Assembly: GCA_041393815.1 (NCBI GenBank)
Contig: JAWKJK010000002.1
Coordinates: 620,916-684,915, forward strand
From: Candidatus Nanopelagicales bacterium
GTDB lineage: Bacteria; Actinomycetota; Actinomycetes; S36-B12; JAWKJK01
Reading direction: 5' to 3'
DNA length: 64,000 bases
The position numbers and the translations under genes were made by a program. Shown here in pieces: positions 46,299 through 55,942 of the stretch (position 1 is the stretch's first letter; each line of letters opens with the position of its first letter). The notes under the pieces were generated by a model. It was not told the origin of the DNA. It saw only the letters and a program-made list of their open reading frames with translations, and made no database searches.

Positions 46299-47138
46299 TC
46301 AGCGGCCGGAGCCGGTCAGCGCGCGGTAGCGCTGCACCAGGCCGTCGGCGATGGGTGCGTGGTCGAAGGCGCCGGCCGCGACCCGGCCGGCGAGGGTCTT
46401 CAGCACGATGCGGTCGGTGAGGGCGGGCAGGTGCCGGCCGAGGAAGAACTCGACGCGGCCGCGCGGTGAGGTGGGCATGTCACGGCGAGGCCGCCGGGCG
46501 GCGCAGGCGGTGACGATCGTGTCGACCACCCCCTCCAGCGGCTCGTAGTGCGACACGCCCTCCAGGGACAGCCCGGCCGCGGCGGTCGAGTCGTGGATCG
46601 GGCTGCGCACCATGGACGGGTACACCGTCGTGACCGTGACGTACGGCGCGTACTCCAGTCGCAGCGCGTCGGCGTAGGCCACCATCGCGCGCTTCGAAAC
46701 GCCGTACGCGGCGGCCAGCGGCAGCGGCATGACCGCCATCCGCGAGGCCACCATCACCACCCGCCCGCGGGACTCGACCAGCGCGGGGAGCAGGGCGGCG
46801 GTGACGCGCCAGGTGCCGAGCAGGTTGATCTCGAGCTGGCGCGAGACGACCTCGTCCGGCGCCGAGCCCGCCGGCGCTGGGCCGCCGATGCCCGCGTTGT
46901 TGACCAGCAGATCGAGCCCGCCGAGGAGCTCGACCGCGGCGGCGCAGGCGGACTCGACCGAGGACTGGTCGGTGACGTCGCAGGCCAGCACGGGTGCGTC
47001 GGGGTCCTCGGACGGGACCAGGTCCAGTCCCACCACCCGCGCGCCGCGGGACCTCAGCGCGGCGGTGATGGCCTGGCCGAAGGTGCCGGAGGCACCGGTC
47101 ACGATCGCGCGGCGGCCGGTCAGGTCGGCGTCGGTCAT
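46299..47138 (-). CDS. short-chain dehydrogenase/reductase
   Basis: TGASGTFG, NNAG and YGVSK (YxxxK). The ATG overlaps the tetR stop (ATGA). Confidence 0.85.
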   Translation of the reverse strand: MTDADLTGRRAIVTGASGTFGQAITAALRSRGARVVGLDLVPSEDPDAPVLACDVTDQSSVESACAAAVELLGGLDLLVNNAGIGGPAPAGSAPDEVVSRQLEINLLGTWRVTAALLPALVESRGRVVMVASRMAVMPLPLAAAYGVSKRAMVAYADALRLEYAPYVTVTTVYPSMVRSPIHDSTAAAGLSLEGVSHYEPLEGVVDTIVTACAARRPRRDMPTSPRGRVEFFLGRHLPALTDRIVLKTLAGRVAAGAFDHAPIADGLVQRYRALTGSGR

Positions 47139-47869
47139 CGGGCGGCTCCCGGGGTCGTGGTCGTCATCGGCGTCGTGGTCGGCAGGGTTGTCGGGCGGGC
47201 GTACAGGGCGTTGAGCCACCGGTGGGCGTACGCGCGGAAGGCCGCGCGCTCCTCGTCCGCGTGCTCCGGTCGGGCGGCCAGCGCGGTCACGTGCCCGTGC
47301 ACGGCCCAGGCCACGCTGCGGACAGCGACGTGAGGGGTCGGCTCGTCGACCAGGCCGCGGGCGTGCGCGTCGGTGAGGTACGCCTCGACCAGGCGGTAGA
47401 GCGGCGCGGCGAACTCGTCGTCAAGGTCGTGGTGGGTCGTCGGCGTCAGCCAGCGACGCAGCCACAGGTACGTGGTGGCCGGCTCGGACTCCAGCAGGTC
47501 CAGGTAGGTGTCCAGCAGGTCGTGCAGCCCGGTCAGCGCGGACTCCGGGGAGTCCGGGGCGTGGGCCCGCACTCGGACCGCCGCCGCCTCCAGCGCCTCC
47601 TGCTCGGCCAGGAACACCCGCTCGAACACCGCGGCGTAGAGGTCGGACTTGCTGCCGACGTGGTGGTGGACCGTGGCCACGGTGAGGTCGGCGGCGGCGG
47701 CGATCTCCCGCATCCCCACCGCGTCGTAGCCGCGCTCGGCGAACAGCCGGGTGGCGGCTGCCAGGATGCGCTCGGTGCTGGTGGGGGCGTCGTCGTCGCG
47801 GGGCGGGCGACCGGGACCACGACGCGTCGGTGCGGCGGGGACGCTGCGCAACCGGGGGGCGACGGGCAT
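47135..47869 (-). CDS. TetR family transcriptional regulator
   Basis: HTH ILAAATRLFAERGYDAVGMREIAAAADLTVATVHHHVGSKSDLY. ATG 47869 was chosen within the longer ORF. Confidence 0.85.
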   Translation of the reverse strand: MPVAPRLRSVPAAPTRRGPGRPPRDDDAPTSTERILAAATRLFAERGYDAVGMREIAAAADLTVATVHHHVGSKSDLYAAVFERVFLAEQEALEAAAVRVRAHAPDSPESALTGLHDLLDTYLDLLESEPATTYLWLRRWLTPTTHHDLDDEFAAPLYRLVEAYLTDAHARGLVDEPTPHVAVRSVAWAVHGHVTALAARPEHADEERAAFRAYAHRWLNALYARPTTLPTTTPMTTTTPGAAR

Positions 47870-47876
47870 GCGGCGT

Positions 47877-47900
47877 AATCTATCATACGTTCGATTGATT
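47877..47900. promoter_or_regulatory. imperfect palindrome AATCTATCATACGTTCGATTGATT in the tetR/tauE divergent region (candidate TetR operator)
   Basis: 9 of 12 symmetric pairs. It is the most AT-rich stretch of the region, lying between ATG 47869 (-) and ATG 47937 (+). Confidence 0.4.
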
Positions 47901-47936
47901 GGGAGCGGGCCGGCAAGACCGGGCCGCGGACGGCGG

Positions 47937-48656
47937 ATGGGGCGGATGGACCTGAGCGCGCTGCTCGCGCTGGCGGTGGTGGCGGTGGCGTTGGGCGCCG
48001 TCGCGCAGGCCGTGACGGGCATCGGGTTCGCCCTGGTGAGCGCCCCGTTCGTGATCGCCCTGCTCGGCCCGCGCGAGGGGGTCTCGGTCGTCTGCGTGCT
48101 GGCGACGCTCGCCTCGGTGCTGCCGCTGCTGCGCGAGGGACGCTCGACCCGCTGGCGCGACGTGTGGCTGCTGCTCGCCCCGATCGCGATCGCGACCCCG
48201 ATCCTCGCCTGGCTGCTCTCGGGGGTGCAGACCCGGGTGCTCGCCGCGGCCGCCGGGGTGGCGATCCTGCTCGCCGTCGTGGTGCTCGCGCGCGGAGTCC
48301 GGCTGCGCCACCTGACCGGGATCCCGGGAGTGGTCGGCGCGGGGGTCGCCAGCGCCGCGATGAACGTCGTCGGCGGTGTGGGCGGCCCACCCGTCGCGCT
48401 CTACGGCGCCAACGCCGGGTGGTCGGTGCCGGAGAGCAGGGCGACGCTGCAGTGGCTGTTCGCGTTCCAGAACGCCATCACGGTCGCCGCCCTCGGCTGG
48501 GCCTTCCCGTCGTGGGAGCTGCTGGCCGGGCTCCTCGTCGGCACCGTGCTCGGCACCCTGGTCGCGATCCGGCTGCCGCTGGCGTGGGCGCGTACGGGCG
48601 TGCTGCTCGTGTCCGCCGTCGGCGGCTTGGCCCTCCTGCTCGGCTTCGGCTCGTAG
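47937..48656 (+). CDS. TauE/SafE family anion exporter-like membrane protein
   Basis: Polytopic membrane protein with a TauE-like N-terminus (AQAVTGIGFALVSAP). The start is ATG 47937 or 47946. Confidence 0.75.
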   Translation: MGRMDLSALLALAVVAVALGAVAQAVTGIGFALVSAPFVIALLGPREGVSVVCVLATLASVLPLLREGRSTRWRDVWLLLAPIAIATPILAWLLSGVQTRVLAAAAGVAILLAVVVLARGVRLRHLTGIPGVVGAGVASAAMNVVGGVGGPPVALYGANAGWSVPESRATLQWLFAFQNAITVAALGWAFPSWELLAGLLVGTVLGTLVAIRLPLAWARTGVLLVSAVGGLALLLGFGS

Positions 48657-48699
48657 CCCTCGACGCCGGCCCCGTGCCGGCCCACCCATCCCTCCATGC

Positions 48700-48770
48700 G
48701 ACGGAATGAGTCCCCACGTCGCTTGGGGCCGAGAATTCGGCCTGTAAGCAACGCCCGGACTCATTCCGTC
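48700..48770 (-). repeat. 71-bp hairpin-forming interspersed repeat, copy B (inverted relative to A)
   Basis: GACGGAATGAGTCC...GGACTCATTCCGTC, perfect 14-nt terminal inverted repeats, with a central GGCCGA-GAAT-TCGGCC hairpin. Confidence 0.9.
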
Positions 48771-48826
48771 GAGAGCGGGACGGTGGGTGCCCCTCGGTCG
48801 GGGTGGGCGGGCGGAGGGCGCTTGCG

Positions 48827-50176
48827 TCAGGAGGCGTGGGCGACGAAGGCCTTCTCCAGCACCGTGAGCGCCTCGTCCAGCAACTCGTCGCCGATCACCA
48901 GCGGCGGCAGGAAGCGCAGCACGTTGCCGTAGGTGCCGGCCGTCAGGACCAGCACGCCCTCGGCGTGGCAGGCCTTGGCCACGGCACCGGTGGTGTCGGG
49001 GTCCGGGTCGGTGGTGCCGGGCTTGACGACCTCGACCGCCAGCATCGCGCCGCGGCCGCGGACCTCGCCGATGACGCCGGTGCGCTCCGCGATCGCCTGC
49101 AGCCGGGGCACCATCACCGACTCGATGTGCCGCGCCCGCGCGGCCAGGTCCTGCTCCTCCATCGTCTGGATGGACCCGAGTGCCGCGGCGCAGGCGACCG
49201 GGTTGCCGCCGTACGTGCCACCGAGACCGCCGGCGTGCACCGCGTCCATCACCTCGGCGCGGCCGGTCACGGCCGCCAGCGGCAGGCCGCCGGCGATCCC
49301 CTTCGCGGTGGTGATCATGTCCGGGACGACGCCCTCGTGCTCGCACGCGAACCACGAGCCGGTGCGGCAGAAGCCGGTCTGGATCTCGTCGGCGATGAAC
49401 AGGATCCCGTTGTCGTTGCAGAACTTCTGCAGCGCGGGCAGGAAGCCGGGTGCGGGCACGACGAAGCCGCCCTCGCCCTGGATCGGCTCGATGATGACGG
49501 CCGCCACGTTGGACGGGCCGACCTCCTTCTCCAGCTTGAGCAGCGCATCGCGGGCGACCTGCGCGCCGTCCTTGCCGCCGTCGCGGAACGGGTACGACGT
49601 CGGGACCCGGTAGACCTCGGGGGCGAACGGCCCGAACGAGTGCTTGTACGGCATGTTCTTCGCCGTCAGCGCCATCGTCAGGTTCGTCCGGCCGTGGTAG
49701 CCGTGCTCGAACACCACGACGGCCTGGCGCTTGGTGTAGGCGCGGGCGATCTTGACGGCGTTCTCGACCGCCTCGGCGCCGGAGTTGAACAGCGCCGACT
49801 TCTTGGCGTGGTCGCCGGGCGTCAGCCGGTTCAGCTCCTCGCAGACGGCCACGTAGCCCTCGTACGGGGCCACCATGAAGCAGGTGTGGGTGAACTCCGC
49901 GACCTGCTTCTGCACGTTCTCCACCACGTGCGGGGCGGCGTTTCCGACGCTGGTCACGGCGATGCCGGACCCGAGGTCGATCCAGGAGTTGCCGTCGACG
50001 TCGACGAGCACACCGCCGCCCCCGGCCTCGACGAACGCGGGCAGCATCCCGCTCACGCCGGCGGAGACCGCGGCCTGGCGGCGGGCCAGCAGCGCGGCCG
50101 ACTTCGGACCGGGGATCTCCGTGACCAGGCGGCGTACCTGGGGCAGGTCGGGGCCGCCGACGAGGTTCTCGCTCAT
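48827..50176 (-). CDS. gabT: 4-aminobutyrate aminotransferase
   Basis: Full-length GabT similarity: LFIADEIQTGFCRTG and ITTAKGIAGGLP (PLP Lys). Confidence 0.92.
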   Translation of the reverse strand: MSENLVGGPDLPQVRRLVTEIPGPKSAALLARRQAAVSAGVSGMLPAFVEAGGGGVLVDVDGNSWIDLGSGIAVTSVGNAAPHVVENVQKQVAEFTHTCFMVAPYEGYVAVCEELNRLTPGDHAKKSALFNSGAEAVENAVKIARAYTKRQAVVVFEHGYHGRTNLTMALTAKNMPYKHSFGPFAPEVYRVPTSYPFRDGGKDGAQVARDALLKLEKEVGPSNVAAVIIEPIQGEGGFVVPAPGFLPALQKFCNDNGILFIADEIQTGFCRTGSWFACEHEGVVPDMITTAKGIAGGLPLAAVTGRAEVMDAVHAGGLGGTYGGNPVACAAALGSIQTMEEQDLAARARHIESVMVPRLQAIAERTGVIGEVRGRGAMLAVEVVKPGTTDPDPDTTGAVAKACHAEGVLVLTAGTYGNVLRFLPPLVIGDELLDEALTVLEKAFVAHAS

Positions 50177-50282
50177 CGTCTCGCTCTCAGGGTGAGGGGA
50201 GCCCGCGGGTCCGGGCGCCCCCGAGCCTAGGCCGGTGCGCCCCTCCGCGCGCGTCCGTGTCGTCCTTTCGGGGGCCTACCCT

Positions 50283-50297
50283 TGTCCGGTCCGGACA
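50283..50297. promoter_or_regulatory. perfect palindrome TGTCCGG-T-CCGGACA in the gabT/pucR divergent region (candidate operator)
   Basis: 7-bp arms, 35 nt upstream of pucR ATG 50332. Confidence 0.4.
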
Positions 50298-50331
50298 GTG
50301 CCCTGGCAGGGGCAACCGCCGAGGAGGATCC

Positions 50332-51873
50332 ATGCCGCTGCGGCTGCGCGACGTCGTGGCACTCCCCGACCTCGGTCTGGCCCTGCGCGGGGATCCTCCG
50401 CCGGGGGCACTGGACCGTCCGGTGCGCTGGGTCGCGGTGTCCGAGCTGGACGACCCGGGCCCCTACCTCGAGGGCGGCGAGTTGGTCCTCACCACCGGCC
50501 TGCGCTACGTCGACGACCCGGACGCGGCCACGGCGTACATCGGCCACCTGGTCCAGGCCGACGTGACCGCGCTCGGCTTCGGCGTCGGCGTCAGTCACGA
50601 CGAGGTGCCGCCGCACCTGGTTGCCTCCGCCGCCCGTGCCGGGCTGCCCCTGGTGGTCGTACCCGCCCCGACGCCGTTCATCGCGGTGACCAAGGCCGTG
50701 ACCCGACAGCTGGCCGCGGAGGAGTACGACGAGGCGGCGCGCGGCTTCACCGCCCAGCGCGATCTGATCCGGGCCGTGCTGGCCCCGGACGGCAGCGGGG
50801 CCGCCTCGGTCGTGACCCGGCTGGCCCGGCACCTCGGTGGCTTCGCCCTGCTGCTGGACCCGGCGGCGTCGGTCGTGCACGCCGCACCCCCGGAGGCGGC
50901 CCGCCGGTCCGCGGACCTGGTGGAGGAGGTGGCCCGGCTGCGGCCGCGCGGACTGCTGGCCTCGTCGGTGGTCGCCACGGCGGACGAGTACCTGGTGCTG
51001 CAGCCCCTGGGCGTCGACGGCCGGGCCCGCGGCTTCCTGGCGGTGGGCGCCGGCGGTCCGCTCGGCCCGCACGACCAGGCCGTGGTGAACCTCGCCGTCT
51101 CGCTGCTGTCGCTGGAGCTCGGCCGGGCCGACGGGCGTTCGGCCGCCGACCGCGGCCTGCGGTCCGTCGCCGTGGGCCTGCTCCTCGACGGCCGCGCGGC
51201 CGAGCTGCCGATGGACGCGCTGGGCTGGGGGGCGCTGCGTCGTGGCCGGGTACGGGTCGCCCTGGTCCAGCCGGGCGCCGACGGCGCCGCCGCGGCGGAG
51301 GATCGCGTGCGCGAGGCCGCCCCGGGCGCGGCGGTGGCAGTACGAGCGGCCGGGGCCGAGCCGCGGGTCGTCGCGCTGCTGCCGGAGGACTGCACGCTGG
51401 AGGGCGTCGACCTGGGGGCGGGGGTGGCCGTCGGGCTGTCCGAGCCCGCGCCGGCCCTCACCGGGGCGCCGGGCGAGACGGCATCCGCCCTCGCCCGTGC
51501 CGCGGGCCAGGCGGCGCAGGCGCTCGCCGCGTCGGTGGCCTCCGGGTCCGGGTGGACCCCATACGCGGCGCTGCGGTCGCGCGGCCTGGAGGCACTGCTG
51601 GAGCCGGAGGCGACCGACGCCTGGGCGCGGGCCCTGCTGGAGCCGCTCGACGCCCCCGACGAGCGGTCCGACCTGCGCACGACGCTGCGGGTGTGGCTGG
51701 AGCAGCACGGCCAGGTCGACGCCGCCGCGGGGCGGCTGGGTGTGCACCGGCACACCGTCCGGCACCGGCTGCGCCGGGCCGAGGCGCTGCTGGGCCGTTC
51801 GCTCGACGACCCCGCGGTGCGCGCCGAGCTGTGGGTGGCCCTGGGCCGTACCACCGGCCCGGACCCGTCGTAG
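50332..51873 (+). CDS. PucR family transcriptional regulator, divergent from gabT
   Basis: N-terminal VRWVAVSELDDPGPYLEGGELVLTTG. C-terminal HTH AAAGRLGVHRHTVRHRLRRAEALLG. RBS GAGGAGGA lies before the ATG. Confidence 0.82.
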   Translation: MPLRLRDVVALPDLGLALRGDPPPGALDRPVRWVAVSELDDPGPYLEGGELVLTTGLRYVDDPDAATAYIGHLVQADVTALGFGVGVSHDEVPPHLVASAARAGLPLVVVPAPTPFIAVTKAVTRQLAAEEYDEAARGFTAQRDLIRAVLAPDGSGAASVVTRLARHLGGFALLLDPAASVVHAAPPEAARRSADLVEEVARLRPRGLLASSVVATADEYLVLQPLGVDGRARGFLAVGAGGPLGPHDQAVVNLAVSLLSLELGRADGRSAADRGLRSVAVGLLLDGRAAELPMDALGWGALRRGRVRVALVQPGADGAAAAEDRVREAAPGAAVAVRAAGAEPRVVALLPEDCTLEGVDLGAGVAVGLSEPAPALTGAPGETASALARAAGQAAQALAASVASGSGWTPYAALRSRGLEALLEPEATDAWARALLEPLDAPDERSDLRTTLRVWLEQHGQVDAAAGRLGVHRHTVRHRLRRAEALLGRSLDDPAVRAELWVALGRTTGPDPS

Positions 51874-51964
51874 CCGGCGGACCCTCCGGGTCGGTGGCCG
51901 AGGCCTGGGAGGAGCGCCGAGATGGACGGGTGTGCCGCTCGCGGTCGTCCGTACCGTCGCCGCC

Positions 51965-53446
51965 ATGGCGACTCCGGCTCCTCCCCGCACCCCGCTATCC
52001 GCCTCGACCGACCCCGTGCCGTTCTGGCTGGCCGGGCGCCCGGCCGGCTCCGACGTCACCGCGGAGGTGCGCCACCCCGACGACGGGACGCTGGTGGCGG
52101 CGTACGCGGTCCCGACCGCGGGCCAGGTCGAGGAGGCCGTGGCCGCCGCCTGGCGGTCCCGGCACGCTGCCCAGGCGCTCAGCGCAGCCGCCCGCGCGGA
52201 TGCGCTCGCGCACGTCTCTCGGCGGTTGACCGAGCGCGCCGACGAGGTCGCGCACCTCATCACCGCGGAGAACGGCAAGCCGCTGATGTGGGCCCGCGCG
52301 GAGGCCGCCCGCGCCGCGTCCACGTTCCGCTGGGCCGCGGAGGAGGCCCGGCGGTGGGGAGGTGACCTCCAGCGCCTCGACACCGATGCGGCGATGGCCG
52401 GCCGCGCCGCCGTGGTCCGGCGCTTCCCGCACGGTCCCGTGCTGGGCATCGCGCCGTTCAACTTCCCGCTCAACCTGGTCGCCCACAAGGTCGCCCCCGC
52501 GCTGGCGGTCGGGGCGCCGATCGTGCTCAAGCCCGCGCCCGCGACCCCGCTGTCCGCGCTACTGCTCGGCGAGCTACTCGCCGAGACCGGCCTGCCCGAG
52601 GGCATGTGGTCGGTCCTGCCGGTGGGCAATGACGCCGCCGCGGCGCTGGTCGCCGACGAGCGGCTGCCGATCGTGTCGTTCACCGGCTCCGAGGGAGTCG
52701 GATTCGCCATCCAGGCGGCCGCACCCCGCAAGCACGTCACGCTCGAGCTCGGGGGCAACGCGGCGGCGATCGTGCTGTCCGACTGGTCCAGCGACGATGA
52801 CCTGGAGTGGGCCGCGATGCGGATCGCGACGTTCGCCAACTACCAGGCCGGGCAGTCCTGCGTATCGGTGCAGCGCGTCCTGGTCGACCGAGCCGTGCAC
52901 GACCGCTTCGTACCCCAGCTGGTGAAGAAGGTCGAGGCGCTGCGCACCGGCTCCCCGTGGGACGACGACGTCGTCGTCGGCCCGCTGATCTCCGAGGCGG
53001 CGGCGCGCCGCGTCGAGGACTGGGTCGACGAGGCTGTCGCCGCGGGCGCCACCCTGCTCACGGGCGGCGTCCGCGACGGCGCGTCGTACGCACCGACCGT
53101 GCTGGCGGACGCCCCCGCCGACGTCCGCATCTCCTGCGAGGAGGTGTTCGGGCCGGTTATGACGGTGCAGGTGTTCGACGGGGTGGACGAGGCGTTCGCC
53201 GTGGTCAACGACTCCCGTTTCGGTCTGCAGACCGGGGTGTTCACGCATGACCTGCGTACGGCGTTCCGCGCGCACCGCGACCTCGAGGTCGGCGGCGTGA
53301 TCATCGGGGACGTGCCCAGCTTCCGGGCGGACCAGATGCCGTACGGGGGAGTGAAGTCGTCCGGCGTGGGCCGGGAGGGGCTGCGGGCGGCGATGGAGGA
53401 CTTCACGCACGAGCGGGTCCTCGTCCTTACGGGCCTGGAGCTGTGA
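51965..53446 (+). CDS. aldehyde dehydrogenase (succinate-semialdehyde dehydrogenase-like)
   Basis: TLELGGNA (Glu) and YQAGQSCVSVQR (Cys). Located next to gabT and pucR. The start is ATG 51965, with GTG 51932 as the alternative. Confidence 0.85.
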   Translation: MATPAPPRTPLSASTDPVPFWLAGRPAGSDVTAEVRHPDDGTLVAAYAVPTAGQVEEAVAAAWRSRHAAQALSAAARADALAHVSRRLTERADEVAHLITAENGKPLMWARAEAARAASTFRWAAEEARRWGGDLQRLDTDAAMAGRAAVVRRFPHGPVLGIAPFNFPLNLVAHKVAPALAVGAPIVLKPAPATPLSALLLGELLAETGLPEGMWSVLPVGNDAAAALVADERLPIVSFTGSEGVGFAIQAAAPRKHVTLELGGNAAAIVLSDWSSDDDLEWAAMRIATFANYQAGQSCVSVQRVLVDRAVHDRFVPQLVKKVEALRTGSPWDDDVVVGPLISEAAARRVEDWVDEAVAAGATLLTGGVRDGASYAPTVLADAPADVRISCEEVFGPVMTVQVFDGVDEAFAVVNDSRFGLQTGVFTHDLRTAFRAHRDLEVGGVIIGDVPSFRADQMPYGGVKSSGVGREGLRAAMEDFTHERVLVLTGLEL

Positions 53447-54593
53447 CACCCTCGTCCCCGCCCGCCGCCTGGGCCCAGGGGTGCCGGAAGGTGTCCTTCG
53501 GCCACAGCAGGTAGCCGGCCAGCAGCGCCAGTCCGCAGCCGACGGCGGTGTCGAGGAGGCGGAAGCCGCCCCACTCGGCCACGGCGCCGGTGGGTGCGCC
53601 GACGAGCAGGGCGGCGGCCGCCGCGCTCATGGCCGCGCTCAGCGTCGGCTGCCGCTGGCTGTACAGCAGCGCGCCCAGCAGCGCGACGACGGCCAGGGCC
53701 ACCAGGGCCCCGACGGGGACGACCAGGGACAGCAGCCCGATGGCGATGACCCCGACGAGGGTGCCGGCGACCCGCACGAAGGCGGTCTGGACCGGGTCCC
53801 GGCCGGTCGGCAGCAGCACGATGTAGGCACCCAGGAAGATCCACATCGCGTTGCGGCCGGTGTCGAGCTGGAACAGCAGCATGGCCAGGCCCAGGGCGAT
53901 CGCGCGCCGGATCCCATCGCGGGTGTAGGCGTCGACGGTCCGCAGCGACGTCCAGATCTGCCGCCACGGCCCGGGGCCGCTGGGCCGCGGAAGGCGGTCG
54001 GCCCCCGCACGGCGACGCCTCAGGACGCCCACGACCACGGCGACGACGACGCCCGCGGCGGCACCCGCGAGGACGGCCAGCACGATGTCGGTCGCGGGTA
54101 CCTCGGCCGCGCGCAACAGCATGCCGACGATCGCCGCGATCAGGTAGGAGATCGAGCCCAGCAACCCCAGGACCGGGCCGACCTTGCCCGCCGCGAAGGC
54201 CGCGGACGTGAGGACGGCGACCACGGCCATCGACGCCGCGGCGGCCAGCGGCTGCCCCGTCGTCAGGCCGGCCAGCAGCGTCCCCGCCGTCGCGGCGACC
54301 ACCGCGAGGACACCGGCGCCCGCTGCGGCTGCGGCGGGGGCGGAGAACGCGACCGCGCCCGCCAGCGCGGAGACGATCGCGGCGAACGCGGTGCCCACCG
54401 TGGACCCCAGGGGCCAGCCCGCCGCTGCCCCGGCGGCACCGCCCACCACCGCGCCCAGCCCGAGGGGCCACTGCAGCGGTGCTCCGGTGGAACCCAGGGC
54501 GCGCCGCCACGCCGGCCTGGGGTCCGCGCTCGGATCCGGCCGCGTCGGGCGGTCGTCGTCGGCGTGGTCCGCGGACGCGTCCAGCGGGGGCAT
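53427..54593 (-). CDS. integral membrane protein, FUSC/aromatic-acid-exporter-like
   Basis: Multiple Ala/Gly/Val-rich TM segments, and a central [17 protein letters not shown]...GAYIVLLP region. The family call is weak. It overlaps the preceding gene's 3' end by 20 nt. Confidence 0.6.
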   Translation of the reverse strand: MPPLDASADHADDDRPTRPDPSADPRPAWRRALGSTGAPLQWPLGLGAVVGGAAGAAAGWPLGSTVGTAFAAIVSALAGAVAFSAPAAAAAGAGVLAVVAATAGTLLAGLTTGQPLAAAASMAVVAVLTSAAFAAGKVGPVLGLLGSISYLIAAIVGMLLRAAEVPATDIVLAVLAGAAAGVVVAVVVGVLRRRRAGADRLPRPSGPGPWRQIWTSLRTVDAYTRDGIRRAIALGLAMLLFQLDTGRNAMWIFLGAYIVLLPTGRDPVQTAFVRVAGTLVGVIAIGLLSLVVPVGALVALAVVALLGALLYSQRQPTLSAAMSAAAAALLVGAPTGAVAEWGGFRLLDTAVGCGLALLAGYLLWPKDTFRHPWAQAAGGDEGVTAPGP

Positions 54594-54685
54594 GGCGGCA
54601 GCGTAGGCACCGTCGCGGCCGGGGGACGCGGGCCTGCCCCGGTCGCGGCGTCGCCGTCGGCGTTCCGGTCGGCGACAATGTCCGC

Positions 54686-55942
54686 GTGACGGTGCGCGAG
54701 GTGGTGCTGCTGGGCAGCACCGGGTCCATCGGGACCCAGGCGCTGGACATCGTGCGCCGCAACCCCGACCGGTTCCGCGTGGTCGGCCTCGCCGCCGGCG
54801 GGTCCGACGTCGCGCTGCTCGCCGCCCAGGCCCTGGAGTTCGGCGTCGACGTGGTCGCGGTGGCCCGCGCCGGTGCCGCCTCGGACCTGCAGCTGGCCTT
54901 CTACGCCGAGGCCCAGCGCCGCGGGTTCGCGTCCGGCGAGTTCGCCGTACCCAAGATCCTGGCCGGCCCGGACTCGGCAGCCGAGGTGGCCGCCTGGCCG
55001 TGCGACGTGGTGCTCAACGGCATGAGCGGGTCGGCCGGACTGGTCCCGACGCTGCGCGCGCTGGAGGCCGGGCGCACCCTCGCACTGGCCAACAAGGAGT
55101 CCCTCATCGTCGGGGGACCGCTGGTGAAGGACCTGGCCCGGCCCGGGCAGATCGTGCCGGTGGACTCCGAGCACTCCGCGCTGGCCCAGTGCCTGCGCGG
55201 TGGGACGGCCGCGGAGGTCCGGCGGCTGGTGCTCACGGCCAGCGGCGGCCCCTTCCGCGGCTTGGATCGCGACGCCCTCGCCGACGTCACGCCCGAGCAG
55301 GCGCTGGCCCACCCGACCTGGGACATGGGACCCCTGGTGACGGTCAACTCCGCGACCCTGATGAACAAGGGGCTCGAGGTCATCGAGGCGCACCTGCTGT
55401 TCGACCTGCCGCTGGAGCGGATCGACGTGGTCGTGCACCCCCAGTCGGTCGTGCACTCGATGGTGGAGTTCACCGACGGCTCGACGCTGGCGCAGGCCAG
55501 TCCGCCGGACATGCGACTGCCGATCGCGCTTGGGCTGTCGTGGCCGGATCGGGTCCCGGACGCGGCGCCGGGCTGCGACTGGACGCGGGCCACGTCCTGG
55601 GAGTTCTTCCCGCTGGACGAGGGCGCGTTCCCCGCGGTGGCCCTGGCCCGGCGCGCGGCCACGGTCGGGGGCACCGCGCCCGCGGTGTTCAACGCTGCCG
55701 ACGAGGAGTGCGTGGCTGCCTTCCTGTCCGGTCGCATCCCGTTCCTCGGCATCGTGGACACCGTGGCGCGGGTGCTCGAGGAGCACCTGGCCGACGTGGG
55801 TCCGAGCGGTCGGGACGGGAACCGGGTGACACTGGCGGACGTCCTCTCCGCGGAGGACTGGGCCCGGCGCCGCGCTCGCGAGGTGACCGGGCTGGACTCG
55901 ACCGCCATGACCCGCACCCGAGTACCGGGGGAGGACGGCTGA
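54686..55942 (+). CDS. dxr: 1-deoxy-D-xylulose 5-phosphate reductoisomerase
   Basis: [39 protein letters not shown]. Confidence 0.95.
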   Translation: MTVREVVLLGSTGSIGTQALDIVRRNPDRFRVVGLAAGGSDVALLAAQALEFGVDVVAVARAGAASDLQLAFYAEAQRRGFASGEFAVPKILAGPDSAAEVAAWPCDVVLNGMSGSAGLVPTLRALEAGRTLALANKESLIVGGPLVKDLARPGQIVPVDSEHSALAQCLRGGTAAEVRRLVLTASGGPFRGLDRDALADVTPEQALAHPTWDMGPLVTVNSATLMNKGLEVIEAHLLFDLPLERIDVVVHPQSVVHSMVEFTDGSTLAQASPPDMRLPIALGLSWPDRVPDAAPGCDWTRATSWEFFPLDEGAFPAVALARRAATVGGTAPAVFNAADEECVAAFLSGRIPFLGIVDTVARVLEEHLADVGPSGRDGNRVTLADVLSAEDWARRRAREVTGLDSTAMTRTRVPGEDG

